From: a virus
Length of the DNA stretch: 45,650 nucleotides
IMG/VR virus record: IMGVR_UViG_3300020613_000010
Reading direction: 5' to 3' (one strand)
Part shown: positions 6,362 through 14,768 of the stretch, in pieces
How positions within the stretch are numbered: position 1 is the stretch's first letter
Layout: every line of letters starts with the position of its first letter
Translations under genes and position numbers: made by a program
The notes under the pieces: model-generated
The model's database searches: none
Told to the model about the DNA's origin: nothing
What the model saw: the letters and a program-made list of their open reading frames with translations, nothing else

Positions 6362-6607
6362 ATGCCCGAAAACACCCTCACCGGATGGAAGCGCCGCATC
6401 GCCGCCTACCTGGAAGCGAACGGCATCGAGAAGTCGCCCTCGGCCATCTCCCGGATGGCAACCAAGATCAACAAGCGGTTCGAGTGGTCTACCGCCAACA
6501 TCGACGCGACGGACTACGAGCTCGCCGAGACCGCCCTCCGCATTTTGGGCATCCACGCCGATCCCACCGCCCGCGACGCCGTCCAGAATATCGAAGCCGC
6601 CGCCTGA
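6362..6607 (+). CDS. Hypothetical protein
   Basis: RBS AAAGGAG and a protein-like translation. Confidence 0.7.
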   Translation: MPENTLTGWKRRIAAYLEANGIEKSPSAISRMATKINKRFEWSTANIDATDYELAETALRILGIHADPTARDAVQNIEAAA

Positions 6608-6634
6608 CGGGACTGTAACACACAAGGAGAGAGC

Positions 6635-6727
6635 ATGAACTTCACTGGTCGCGCGGATTGGGTCGCGTTTGTGGCTTGCGTTGCGCTTGTCGTCTTGTGC
6701 GTCGCGTACCAGGTGGCGGCGCTGTGA
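6635..6727 (+). CDS. Small membrane protein (30 aa)
   Basis: Strong RBS AAGGAGAGAG. MNFTGRADWVAFVACVALVVLCVAYQVAAL contains one TM segment. Too short to appear in the ORF track. Confidence 0.55.
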   Translation: MNFTGRADWVAFVACVALVVLCVAYQVAAL

Positions 6728-6894
6728 GACGGTCCACGGTTTACACGATCATCCTGGGCTGCTACACGGCTGTCCTCGCCATCCTGGGTGCGAGCCTCTG
6801 GCTGAACGATGAACGGCTGGCAGTGATCGGCCTGCTCCTCTTCACCGGCCTCTGTATCGTGTCCGCCGTCCTGATCACCCTCAACGAACACTGA
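6724..6894 (+). CDS. Small membrane protein (56 aa, two TM)
   Basis: GTG start in a GTGA overlap with the preceding small ORF. Hydrophobic segments are IILGCYTAVLAILGASLW and VIGLLLFTGLCIVSAVLI. Confidence 0.6.
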   Translation: MRRSTVYTIILGCYTAVLAILGASLWLNDERLAVIGLLLFTGLCIVSAVLITLNEH

Positions 6895-6912
6895 CCACCA
6901 CATAAGGAGAGA

Positions 6913-7059
6913 ATGATGAACCCCATCGAAGCGGCCGACCTGGCCCGCATCATCCTGGACGACACCGAGACCGACCGGCACATGGACCTGTACACCCTCA
7001 CCGTCATCGAAGCCCGCACCCTCGCCCGCGCCGTACTGAACGGAGAGACCCATGACTGA
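6913..7059 (+). CDS. Hypothetical protein (48 aa)
   Basis: RBS AAGGAGAGA. The C-terminus ..ARAVLNGETHD resembles that of the next gene. Confidence 0.6.
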   Translation: MMNPIEAADLARIILDDTETDRHMDLYTLTVIEARTLARAVLNGETHD

Positions 7060-7315
7060 CCCCGTGACCCTCGCCCGCGAAGTGCTGGACCTCACTCACG
7101 AGGACGAGACCGTCACCGTCTGCTCGGTCCCGGACAACAAGGTCGCCGCCCTCGCCCGCGCCGTGATCGACCTGACCGCCCGGCTTGACGCCGAGCGTTT
7201 CTCCCACGCGAACACCGCCGTCAAGGTCAAGAACGTGGAGGCGCTGGCGGACCGGCTGGACGACGGCCACCTCCGCTACCTGATCCGCGCCGCACTGAAC
7301 GGAGAGACCGCATGA
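7052..7315 (+). CDS. Hypothetical protein
   Basis: ATG overlaps the upstream gene. C-terminus is ..IRAALNGETA. Confidence 0.7.
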   Translation: MTDPVTLAREVLDLTHEDETVTVCSVPDNKVAALARAVIDLTARLDAERFSHANTAVKVKNVEALADRLDDGHLRYLIRAALNGETA

Positions 7316-8121
7316 TCCGCCATGACATGCCGGAGCGTGACTATCACGCACACCTGGCACTGAACGCCAGCACACTGAAAGCCGTTGCCACCAAGCCGCT
7401 CGCCAAGGTCCGTCACGACCTCGACAACCGGGCCGGCTACAACCCCGCGTTCACCATCGGACGCGCGGCGCACCGTCTCATCCTCGAAGGCAACGGGGAC
7501 GGGATCGTGCTGATCGACAAGCCCGACTACCGGACCAAGGAGGCAAGGGTCAGCCGGGATGCTGCACTCGCAGCCGGCAGCATCCCGCTTCTCCCCCACG
7601 AGCATGACCAGGTGGTCGCCATGTGCGCCGCCGTCAAGGAGGATGACACTGCCGGCCCGCTACTCACCGGGCACGCGCCCGAGGTCAGCGTGTTCGCGGA
7701 CTTGTACGGTCAGCCCTGCAAAGCCCGCCTCGACGCATGGCACGCAGACGACGGCACCGGACGGCCCCTCATCGTGGACTTGAAGACCGCGGCAGACGCG
7801 AACCCGGAAACGTTCGCACGCACAGCCATTACGTACGGCTACGACCATCAGATGGCCCATTATCGGGACATCCTGGAAGCGGAGACCGGCACCCTGCCGC
7901 GTTTCCTGTTCGTACTGGTCGAGAAGACGGCACCGTATCTCGTGTCCGTCGTGGAACTGGACGACCTGTTCTACGACCTCGGCAAGCAGAAGAACGAGAC
8001 GGCCGCCGCCAAGTGGTTGCGCGCCAAGGAGACGAACCAGTGGCCCGGCTATGAGGGCATCAACCGTGTCCTCGCCCCCATGTGGGCGCTGGACGAAATG
8101 GAAGAGGAGATCACCGAATGA
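7312..8121 (+). CDS. PD-(D/E)XK family nuclease (RecE/Cas4-like exonuclease)
   Basis: ATGA overlap with the upstream gene. Motifs D..H.. , LIVDLKT and YGYDHQMAHY are typical of phage PD-(D/E)XK exonucleases. Confidence 0.8.
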   Translation: MIRHDMPERDYHAHLALNASTLKAVATKPLAKVRHDLDNRAGYNPAFTIGRAAHRLILEGNGDGIVLIDKPDYRTKEARVSRDAALAAGSIPLLPHEHDQVVAMCAAVKEDDTAGPLLTGHAPEVSVFADLYGQPCKARLDAWHADDGTGRPLIVDLKTAADANPETFARTAITYGYDHQMAHYRDILEAETGTLPRFLFVLVEKTAPYLVSVVELDDLFYDLGKQKNETAAAKWLRAKETNQWPGYEGINRVLAPMWALDEMEEEITE

Positions 8122-8687
8122 ACGACATCGCACCAACGCTGGTAGGGGACAGCAACGTTCTCAGCAAGGCTGACCTCATGGATGGGCCGCAGACATTCAC
8201 CGTCGCCCGGGTTGACATCAACCTGTCCGACAAGAAGCGGCCTACCGCGATTCACCTTGTAGAGTCGCCCGGTAAGCCGTTCAAGCCCAACCTGGGGATG
8301 CGGAAGCTCATCGCCAAGGGGTGGGGGAAGTCCTCCAAGGAGTACGTCGGACGTCGCCTGACCCTGTTCCACAACCCCGATGTCCTGTGGCAGGGAAAGC
8401 GGGAGGGCGGGGTGGAGGTGTGCGCCATGTCCCATATTGAAGCACCGTTCACCATCCAGATCCCCGTCAACGCCAAGCAGGCAAAGACGGTCAAGGTCGA
8501 GGTGATCCCCGACTCGGCCCCCTCGCATGAGGTCCAGCCCGACTGGCAGGCCCTCATCGTGGAGGCCGGCGACGACGTTGCAGCCCTCCGCGCCATGTGG
8601 ACTGACGCACAAGCCCGGGGCGCATCCGAAGCCATCCTCAACGACATCAAGAACGCCGCAACCACGGCACAGAGCAAGGAGAACTGA
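8118..8687 (+). CDS. Hypothetical protein (189 aa) between the exonuclease and SSB
   Basis: ATGA overlap start (MNDIAPT..). No recognisable motif. Confidence 0.75.
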   Translation: MNDIAPTLVGDSNVLSKADLMDGPQTFTVARVDINLSDKKRPTAIHLVESPGKPFKPNLGMRKLIAKGWGKSSKEYVGRRLTLFHNPDVLWQGKREGGVEVCAMSHIEAPFTIQIPVNAKQAKTVKVEVIPDSAPSHEVQPDWQALIVEAGDDVAALRAMWTDAQARGASEAILNDIKNAATTAQSKEN

Positions 8688-8689
8688 AC

Positions 8690-8908
8690 ATGGCCGAGAA
8701 GGACGACATCATGAGCACCATCCGCGACGAGGCGCTGCCGCTCGGGGAATCCCTCAAGAAGTTCGGTGACGGGGCGTTCCAGGTGGCACTCACCATGATG
8801 GCGCAGGGCATCTGGTCTCCCGAGAACTTCACCAACGTCACCTGCGACGCAATCAAGGCGACGGCACCCCAGATCGACGCCGAGTTCAACAAGCTCAAGG
8901 AGAACTAA
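8690..8908 (+). CDS. Hypothetical protein
   Basis: RBS AAGGAGAA; 72 aa. Confidence 0.7.
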   Translation: MAEKDDIMSTIRDEALPLGESLKKFGDGAFQVALTMMAQGIWSPENFTNVTCDAIKATAPQIDAEFNKLKEN

Positions 8909-8910
8909 AC

Positions 8911-9150
8911 GTGGCAAGCATCAACACCGAGAGCAACGAGCCGGCTGGCGCCCTCCACGTCAAGGTAGTGCCCGACTTCGACGGCTTCACGGAGGCGCTG
9001 GAGAACGGACTGCGCGACGCCGAGGAGTCGGCGTCTCCCCTCCTCGCCATCCTGACCCGCATCGAGGACCACCTGCGCGTGATCGCCCGCGCACACCAGC
9101 CCATCACGGTGGGCCGCCACGAGTTCCGCACCCCCAAGAAGGAGAGCTGA
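8911..9150 (+). CDS. Hypothetical protein
   Basis: GTG start after GGAGAA; 79 aa. Confidence 0.65.
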   Translation: MASINTESNEPAGALHVKVVPDFDGFTEALENGLRDAEESASPLLAILTRIEDHLRVIARAHQPITVGRHEFRTPKKES

Positions 9151-9152
9151 GC

Positions 9153-9641
9153 ATGCCTATCCCCACCATTCAGGAGACCGCCGGAGTCCTGGCCGACCCG
9201 GAACTCAGGTTCACGCAGCAGGGCAAGGCTGTCCTGTCCATCCGGCTCGCGTTCAACGACTCCCGGTACAACGAGGAAACCCGCCAGTGGGAGAACACCA
9301 AGACGTTCTACGTGGACGCGACCGCCTGGGAGCAGACCGCCGAGCGTCTGGCCGATCAGATCCGCAAGGGTGACCAGGTGTACGTGTCGGGGCGGCTGGA
9401 GACGCAGTCGTGGGAGAAGGACGGTGAGAAGAAGTCGAAGCCGTCGCTGACTGTGCGGACCATGCGGAAGCTGGAGAAGAACGCCCCCACCCAGCAGCAG
9501 GGCGGCGGCAACTTCGCCCCTGCCCAGTCCGCCGGGTTTGGTGGTCAGCCTCAGCCGGCACCGTCCCAGCAGGACCCGTGGGCCGGCGGGCAGCAGCAGG
9601 CCGCGTGGGATGAGCCGTCCGCCAACGAGCCGCCCTTCTGA
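9153..9641 (+). CDS. ssb: Single-stranded DNA-binding protein
   Basis: OB-fold motifs (LRFTQQGKAV.., YVSGRLETQSWEKDG), a Gly/Gln/Pro-rich linker and an acidic tail ..DEPSANEPPF. Confidence 0.9.
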   Translation: MPIPTIQETAGVLADPELRFTQQGKAVLSIRLAFNDSRYNEETRQWENTKTFYVDATAWEQTAERLADQIRKGDQVYVSGRLETQSWEKDGEKKSKPSLTVRTMRKLEKNAPTQQQGGGNFAPAQSAGFGGQPQPAPSQQDPWAGGQQQAAWDEPSANEPPF

Positions 9642-9657
9642 CCCGCAAGTAGTAGCG

Positions 9658-9688
9658 AGGGGCCGTAGCCGTCGCGGTTGCGGCCCCT
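9658..9688 (+). terminator. Stem-loop after ssb
   Basis: AGGGGCCG / CGGCCCCT stem with no U-tract. Confidence 0.45.
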
Positions 9689-9716
9689 TGCCCCACTGAT
9701 ACGAAACTCGTAATAC
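9688..9716 (+). promoter_or_regulatory. Candidate promoter TTGCCC-17-TAATAC in an AT-rich spacer
   Basis: Hexamers read from the sequence, upstream of nrdH. Confidence 0.35.
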
Positions 9717-9738
9717 CTAACCTGAAAGAAGCAAAAAC

Positions 9739-9990
9739 GTGACCGTCCGTGTCTACACCACCCCGAACTGTAACCAGTGCGCCATGACCAAAATGTGGCT
9801 CGACAAGAAGGGCATCCACTACCAGACGGTGGACCTCGCAGACCCCGCCAACATGGGCGACTACGAGGCCATCCGGGCGCTCGGCTACAAGGCGGCACCC
9901 GTCGTCGCCATCGGCACCGACTACGAGGCCCATTGGTCTGGTTTCCGGCCCGACCTCCTCGCTGAGCACTGCCTCGACCCCGAAGACTGA
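9739..9990 (+). CDS. nrdH: NrdH-like glutaredoxin
   Basis: VRVYTTPNCNQCAMTKMWLDKKGI.. contains a CxxC redox motif; glutaredoxin-like length of 83 aa. Confidence 0.85.
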   Translation: MTVRVYTTPNCNQCAMTKMWLDKKGIHYQTVDLADPANMGDYEAIRALGYKAAPVVAIGTDYEAHWSGFRPDLLAEHCLDPED

Positions 9991-10013
9991 ACCACACGCA
10001 AAGGAGAGACCCC

Positions 10014-10235
10014 ATGGCACTTGCAGACCACAAGCCCGCACGTAAGCGCGGCCACCTCGAACACGTCATCACCACCCTCGACGCCGAGGACCAGGCCACC
10101 CTCACCGCGTGGCTCCACGACCCCACCTACACCGCCGCATCCATCGCCCGAATCCTCACCGAAGAAGGACACCCCACCGAGGGCCACCACGTCGTGCAGT
10201 GGCGCAACCGCAACGTCAAGGGAGCCAGCAAGTGA
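10014..10235 (+). CDS. Putative HTH DNA-binding protein
   Basis: RBS AAAGGAGAGA. YTAASIARILTEEGH resembles an HTH. Confidence 0.6.
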   Translation: MALADHKPARKRGHLEHVITTLDAEDQATLTAWLHDPTYTAASIARILTEEGHPTEGHHVVQWRNRNVKGASK

Positions 10236-11470
10236 GCCTCAAAGACGCATTCCTTCGCACCCGGCAGGCAGCCCTCGACATCGCCGTCGAACGCGCCCGC
10301 CCGAAGACGTGGAAGGCCGGCAGGGTCACACAGGACGGGGTCACTACGGTCACCACTGACCCGGTGGCAGCTGACACCCCGGACGGCACACACGCTGAGC
10401 TGCTGGAGGCGCACGGCTTCGACCCGGCCCGGTACCGCATCGTCGGCCCGATCCGGTCCACCCGGTGGACCGCATATCTGCCGAAGGAATACCGGACCAA
10501 CAGTGTCGAAGGTGAGCCGGTCGAGGATGCGTTCACGTTCCAGGCGAAGGCAAGCCGCTTCCAGGTGGTCGAACGGGCAGAGGGCGAACTGTCCATAGAC
10601 GAACTCGTGGAGGTTGTCAACAACTACCAGCCCGGCGAGCCGCCGACCCCCGCCGAGTTCATGGAACCCGGCGAGGCGTACGTGGTCGCTTTGGGCGACG
10701 CCCAGGCGGGTAAGCTCGAATCCCCCACAGAAGAACTCATCGGGCGGCTACTCGACTACATGCACAAGGCCGTGGAACCACTCCAGGGCCGCAAGGTCGA
10801 GCACATCCACCTCGCCTGGCTGGGCGACGCCTGCGAGGGCATGAACTCGCAGGGCGGGTCACTACGCTGGCGCACCACACTCACCATGACGGAGCAGGTG
10901 CGCCTCATCCGGCGTCTCATGCTGAAGCAAATCGAGATCCTGGCCCCCTACGCTGAACGGCTGACCGTCGTCAGCGTCGGAGGCAACCACGATGAGGGGT
11001 ACTCCCGCGACTTGAAGACGCGGGAGGACGACTCATGGGCGGTCGAGGCACTGAACATGGTCGCGGACGCGTTGGAGTTCAACCCAGCGTTCTCCCATGT
11101 TGAGTGCTATGTGCCCGGACCTGACGAGCAGGGCGTGGTCATGGACGTGGCCGGCACCGTGATCGCCCACGTCCACGGGCACAAGATCAAGCCCGGCAAG
11201 TGGCGTGAGTGGTGGGCCGGCCAGGCCCTCGGACGGCAGGCATACGGTGAGGCCGACCTGCTGCTCCAGGGGCACATGCACCACTGGCAGGTCAGTGAGG
11301 ATGGCGACCGTAAGTGGATCTGCGTTCCAGCGATGGAGAGCGGGTCAACGTGGTGGCGGGACTCGACCGGCACCTGGGGGTCGCCCGGCATCCTCACGTT
11401 CAAGACAAAGGACGGCAGAATCCGCGACATGACCAAGATCGAAGCTACCCCCGAACACAAGAACAACTAA
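10232..11470 (+). CDS. Metallophosphoesterase (calcineurin-like)
   Basis: GTGA overlap start. Motifs VVALGDAQAG, LGDACEG, GGNHDE, HVHGHK and GHMHH. Confidence 0.8.
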   Translation: MSLKDAFLRTRQAALDIAVERARPKTWKAGRVTQDGVTTVTTDPVAADTPDGTHAELLEAHGFDPARYRIVGPIRSTRWTAYLPKEYRTNSVEGEPVEDAFTFQAKASRFQVVERAEGELSIDELVEVVNNYQPGEPPTPAEFMEPGEAYVVALGDAQAGKLESPTEELIGRLLDYMHKAVEPLQGRKVEHIHLAWLGDACEGMNSQGGSLRWRTTLTMTEQVRLIRRLMLKQIEILAPYAERLTVVSVGGNHDEGYSRDLKTREDDSWAVEALNMVADALEFNPAFSHVECYVPGPDEQGVVMDVAGTVIAHVHGHKIKPGKWREWWAGQALGRQAYGEADLLLQGHMHHWQVSEDGDRKWICVPAMESGSTWWRDSTGTWGSPGILTFKTKDGRIRDMTKIEATPEHKNN

Positions 11471-11484
11471 CCCAAGGAGTAATC

Positions 11485-11637
11485 GTGAACGACACCAAGG
11501 CGCAGGCCGCGTGGCACCCGTACCGGAACGCGTGGGAGGCCGCGCAGGCCGAACGTGCCAAGCGGGAAGAAGAGGAACGACAGAAGCAGGTGGAACGCAT
11601 GACCCGCCTCATCGCCAAGCGGGGGGCCTGGACATGA
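11485..11637 (+). CDS. Hypothetical protein (50 aa, charged helix)
   Basis: GTG after AAGGAGT. Confidence 0.55.
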   Translation: MNDTKAQAAWHPYRNAWEAAQAERAKREEEERQKQVERMTRLIAKRGAWT

Positions 11638-11909
11638 GCGCCGACGCGGCCGCCGTATTCCGCTACATCGAGCACGAGGCCGGGCAGCTCATCCGCAAAG
11701 CCCGCACCGAACGCGACAAGGCCTGGCAGGAAGTGGCGGCAACCCACGCTGCTTCCCGCCAGAAGGACGAACAGATCCGCAAACTGACCCGTGACTTGCG
11801 GGCAGCAGAAGGACGGGCCAGACGCGCCCGCCGGCAACTCGGCCAACTCGAAGCAAGCTACGACGCACTCCTCATGCGCCACGCCTTCGAGAACGCCAGA
11901 ACCAACTAA
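11634..11909 (+). CDS. Hypothetical coiled-coil protein
   Basis: ATGA overlap start; Arg/Glu/Ala-rich helix. Confidence 0.65.
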   Translation: MSADAAAVFRYIEHEAGQLIRKARTERDKAWQEVAATHAASRQKDEQIRKLTRDLRAAEGRARRARRQLGQLEASYDALLMRHAFENARTN

Positions 11910-11931
11910 CCTGCACTACCACAAGGAGAGA

Positions 11932-12174
11932 ATGATGAACGACCAGAACATGCAGGTCATCGAGAACGCCACCCGGAACGACGTGCGCTCCGGAGACCAC
12001 CTCACCTGGAAGTGGGTGCAGGAGATTGACGGCGTGACCGTCAGGTCCTCCCACGAGGGCATCGCGCACCACCAGGACGAATACGGCGCCTGGTGGACCG
12101 AGGGCGGCATGTGGCTCACGTCCGTCGGTGCCGGCACCCTCACGATCCGCCGCCCGATCACTAAGGAGAACTGA
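11932..12174 (+). CDS. Hypothetical protein, paralog of 3148..3405
   Basis: RBS AAGGAGAGA. MQVIENATRNDVRSGDH.., EGIAHH and ..LTIRRPITKEN. Confidence 0.8.
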   Translation: MMNDQNMQVIENATRNDVRSGDHLTWKWVQEIDGVTVRSSHEGIAHHQDEYGAWWTEGGMWLTSVGAGTLTIRRPITKEN

Positions 12175-12181
12175 CCGATGA
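12135..12181 (+). repeat. Second copy of the 47-nt direct repeat (see 3366..3412)
   Basis: 44/47 identical, including a 27-nt perfect run. Confidence 0.9.
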
Positions 12182-12459
12182 TTAGCACAACCGAACTGGT
12201 TTATGCGCTTCAAGGGTGGGCGTCGGAGGGCGGCATCCCGGAGCGTGACGCCCCCGTGATCCGCGCGTTCCTGACCGGGATGCGCGGCACGGAGAAGGGC
12301 CGTGAGCACGTCTACGACGCGTTGGTGGCCGCGAAGGAATGGTCCTGGGTTGACGCTGACGCGGCTACCTGTGACGTGGACGAGGCCCGCACATTCCGGC
12401 GCGCCGAGAAGTCCGCCGCCGCCCGACTCGCCACCATCTGCGAAAAGGTGATCGCATGA
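12178..12459 (+). CDS. Hypothetical protein
   Basis: ATG after AAGGAGAA; 93 aa. Confidence 0.7.
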   Translation: MISTTELVYALQGWASEGGIPERDAPVIRAFLTGMRGTEKGREHVYDALVAAKEWSWVDADAATCDVDEARTFRRAEKSAAARLATICEKVIA

Positions 12460-12923
12460 CCGCCACCACGACCCTCCAGAAGGCTCTCGCCGCGCAGGTT
12501 GCCCTGCCACTGGCCCAACTGCCCGAGACCGCCGGCCACTGCCCGGCATGGATCGATTCGAAGGGCGCAGAGTGCAAGCGCCCGGCCACGGATGGGCTGT
12601 TGTGTCGTCGTCACCACAACGTCGCGGAACGCCGCCTGGCAGCTGCTATCGAGAAGCGTCAGGCCGAGGCCGTGAAGGCCAGGGAGAAGGCTCCGGCCCG
12701 ACGCGCCCGCCTCGCCTCCATCGAGGAGCGGATCGCCCTCCTTCAGTCCCGTCTGTCCCACCCGGACACCACGGACATGGCGGCGTATGGGGGTGCGGTG
12801 AACATCCGCATCCAGGCCCGTCGTGAGGCCGCGATGGTGCGGGACGTGGAGACGGGTGCGGAGCTGCACCGGCTGACCCGTCAGGCCGAGTCCCTGCGGT
12901 CCTTGCTGGGGGTGACGGCATGA
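12456..12923 (+). CDS. Hypothetical protein with a Cys/His cluster and coiled coil
   Basis: ATGA overlap start. HCPAWIDSKGAECKRP..LLCRRHH. Confidence 0.7.
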   Translation: MTATTTLQKALAAQVALPLAQLPETAGHCPAWIDSKGAECKRPATDGLLCRRHHNVAERRLAAAIEKRQAEAVKAREKAPARRARLASIEERIALLQSRLSHPDTTDMAAYGGAVNIRIQARREAAMVRDVETGAELHRLTRQAESLRSLLGVTA

Positions 12924-13252
12924 CCCGCATGGCCGGACACAAGATCAGCGACGACGGAACCCGCATCGTCTGCACCGCCCCACCTAATGCCGCCTGCCGT
13001 GCCAGGCCAGACTGCGACACCGAAGGCTGGGATGACCGGGGATGTGGTGACCACGACCCGCGCCACCCCAACACCCCCGGACACGACTGCTGGGCCGTCG
13101 AGTGGACCAACGCCCCCGGTCGCTTGGACTACACCTGTGGCGACGACCCCGACCCCACCATCCACCCTGGCCGTGCCGTTGCCCTCACCTGGCAGGGCAG
13201 TGACATCGGCATCACCTGGGTCTACCGCATCAGCGCCAAGGAGGAAACATGA
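12920..13252 (+). CDS. Hypothetical Cys-rich protein
   Basis: ATGA overlap start; 110 aa. Confidence 0.7.
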   Translation: MTRMAGHKISDDGTRIVCTAPPNAACRARPDCDTEGWDDRGCGDHDPRHPNTPGHDCWAVEWTNAPGRLDYTCGDDPDPTIHPGRAVALTWQGSDIGITWVYRISAKEET

Positions 13253-13617
13253 GCACCCCGCACCGCATTCAACGTCAGCGCACGAAAGGCTGGCGGATGC
13301 CCGAGAACACGGTTTACGTGGGCCGGGGAACAAAGTGGGGCAACCCGTGGAAGGTCACCCCACATGAGGATGGCCGGGCAACGGTGACAGACCCGATCAG
13401 CTGCACCGCATTCGAGTCAGTACCCGCCGCCAACGCGCACGCCACCGGATCATTCCGTTGGCAACTGCTCAATCACCCCAATGTCCTCGGCTTCACCGAG
13501 ACGGAGGCCAGCGCCGAGCTGGCTGGGAAGAACCTGGCGTGCTCGTGCCCACTCGATCAGCCGTGCCACGCGGACGTGCTACTCGAAATCGCTAACCGAG
13601 AGGAAGAGGCAGCATGA
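13249..13617 (+). CDS. DUF4326-like protein
   Basis: RIQRQRTKGWRMPENTVYVGRGTKWGNPW ... LACSCPLDQPCHADVLLEIAN matches the DUF4326 pattern as I remember it. Confidence 0.7.
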   Translation: MSTPHRIQRQRTKGWRMPENTVYVGRGTKWGNPWKVTPHEDGRATVTDPISCTAFESVPAANAHATGSFRWQLLNHPNVLGFTETEASAELAGKNLACSCPLDQPCHADVLLEIANREEEAA

Positions 13618-13895
13618 CCCGCCGCCCACTGATCCTGGACCTGCTGCCCGATTTCCACGGAGCCACCATCACCGACGTGACCTACTGGGGCACCGGCGAG
13701 GCCGAACGGTTCAAGTCGGCCACCCGGGACGATGACGGTGTGTGGTCGGCCTCAGCGTGGATCGGGCTCCGGCCCCTGAACCTGCACTACATCACCGAGT
13801 TCACCGTTCACCAGGGCGACGACACAACCACCTGGACTGAGGGGTCCCACCCGAACCACTGGTCCTGCACCGTCGAGCGCAAGGATGAACGATGA
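13614..13895 (+). CDS. Hypothetical protein
   Basis: ATGA overlap start; 93 aa. Confidence 0.7.
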   Translation: MTRRPLILDLLPDFHGATITDVTYWGTGEAERFKSATRDDDGVWSASAWIGLRPLNLHYITEFTVHQGDDTTTWTEGSHPNHWSCTVERKDER

Positions 13896-14113
13896 CCCGT
13901 CGCCCTCATTTGAGCGTCACCCCCACGGGCCTCGCTTACATCTCCGGTGACTGGCACGACCGGGACAGCGCACACCACGCCGAAGCAGCTTTGCGCACCA
14001 TCTGGGCGGACCTCGACCGCGCCGGCCTCACCGCCACACTCAACGCCGAACGCGCCATCCACCAAGCCCGAGCCGAACAGATGCTCGACACGATCGTAAG
14101 GAACCAGGAATGA
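13892..14113 (+). CDS. Hypothetical protein
   Basis: ATGA overlap start; 73 aa. Confidence 0.65.
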   Translation: MTRRPHLSVTPTGLAYISGDWHDRDSAHHAEAALRTIWADLDRAGLTATLNAERAIHQARAEQMLDTIVRNQE

Positions 14114-14442
14114 CACGCCCCATGCCCTACACGGAAGCGCCGCCACACCCCGGACGATCACCGAAGTTCTCGGGGGATGACGTGGGCCACGAGGAAAGGC
14201 TGGCCGCGAGAGAAGCGTGGGATGACGCCCGGTGGAAATACACCGAGAGCATCGTGGTCGGACGGGACAAGCGCCTCACGGACGCCGAGTGCGCCGCCCA
14301 CTACTGGCAGGCATTATGCTATCGCGCCCGCGCCCTATCCGAAATCATCAACCTGCCACCGCATGAGGCGAGGCGAATCGTCAAGGAATCCGACACCTGG
14401 CACCGCTTCGGCACCCATCACCACGCCCTGGAGGAAGCATGA
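14110..14442 (+). CDS. Hypothetical protein
   Basis: ATGA overlap start; 110 aa. Confidence 0.7.
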   Translation: MTRPMPYTEAPPHPGRSPKFSGDDVGHEERLAAREAWDDARWKYTESIVVGRDKRLTDAECAAHYWQALCYRARALSEIINLPPHEARRIVKESDTWHRFGTHHHALEEA

Positions 14443-14669
14443 CCGAGGCCCGCCGTATCCGCACCACCAACGCCGACCCGCTCAACAGTTGGAAGCTGCC
14501 CATCGGCCACGACATGCCGCGCGCCACCACTGAACACAACCGTGCCGCAGCCGCAGCATGGCTCGAAGCGCGACGACGCCGAACCGGACGCGTCGGAGAA
14601 ATCGACCTCGACGACCTGCGCGCCGGCAGACTCGGAGTGCGGCCCTTTAATCGGCCCGCCAGTGAGTGA
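14439..14669 (+). CDS. Hypothetical protein
   Basis: ATGA overlap start; 76 aa. Confidence 0.65.
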   Translation: MTEARRIRTTNADPLNSWKLPIGHDMPRATTEHNRAAAAAWLEARRRRTGRVGEIDLDDLRAGRLGVRPFNRPASE

Positions 14670-14690
14670 CCCGCGTGCACATTCGGATTA

Positions 14691-14717
14691 GGACATTTGT
14701 CCGATTCGGGCTATAAT
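14691..14717 (+). promoter_or_regulatory. Perfect -10 TATAAT (14712-14717) preceded by the palindrome GGACA-TT-TGTCC (14691-14702)
   Basis: AT-rich island in the 136-nt spacer. The palindrome occupies the -35 region. Confidence 0.45.
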
Positions 14718-14734
14718 GGTGGGCAACAGAAGAC

Positions 14735-14768
14735 GGCCCCGGAGAGCGCGCCAACACTCTCCGGGGCC
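14735..14768 (+). promoter_or_regulatory. 12-bp perfect stem-loop in the putative 5' leader
   Basis: GGCCCCGGAGAG-N10-CTCTCCGGGGCC, located between the TATAAT and the RBS of 14806. Confidence 0.55.
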
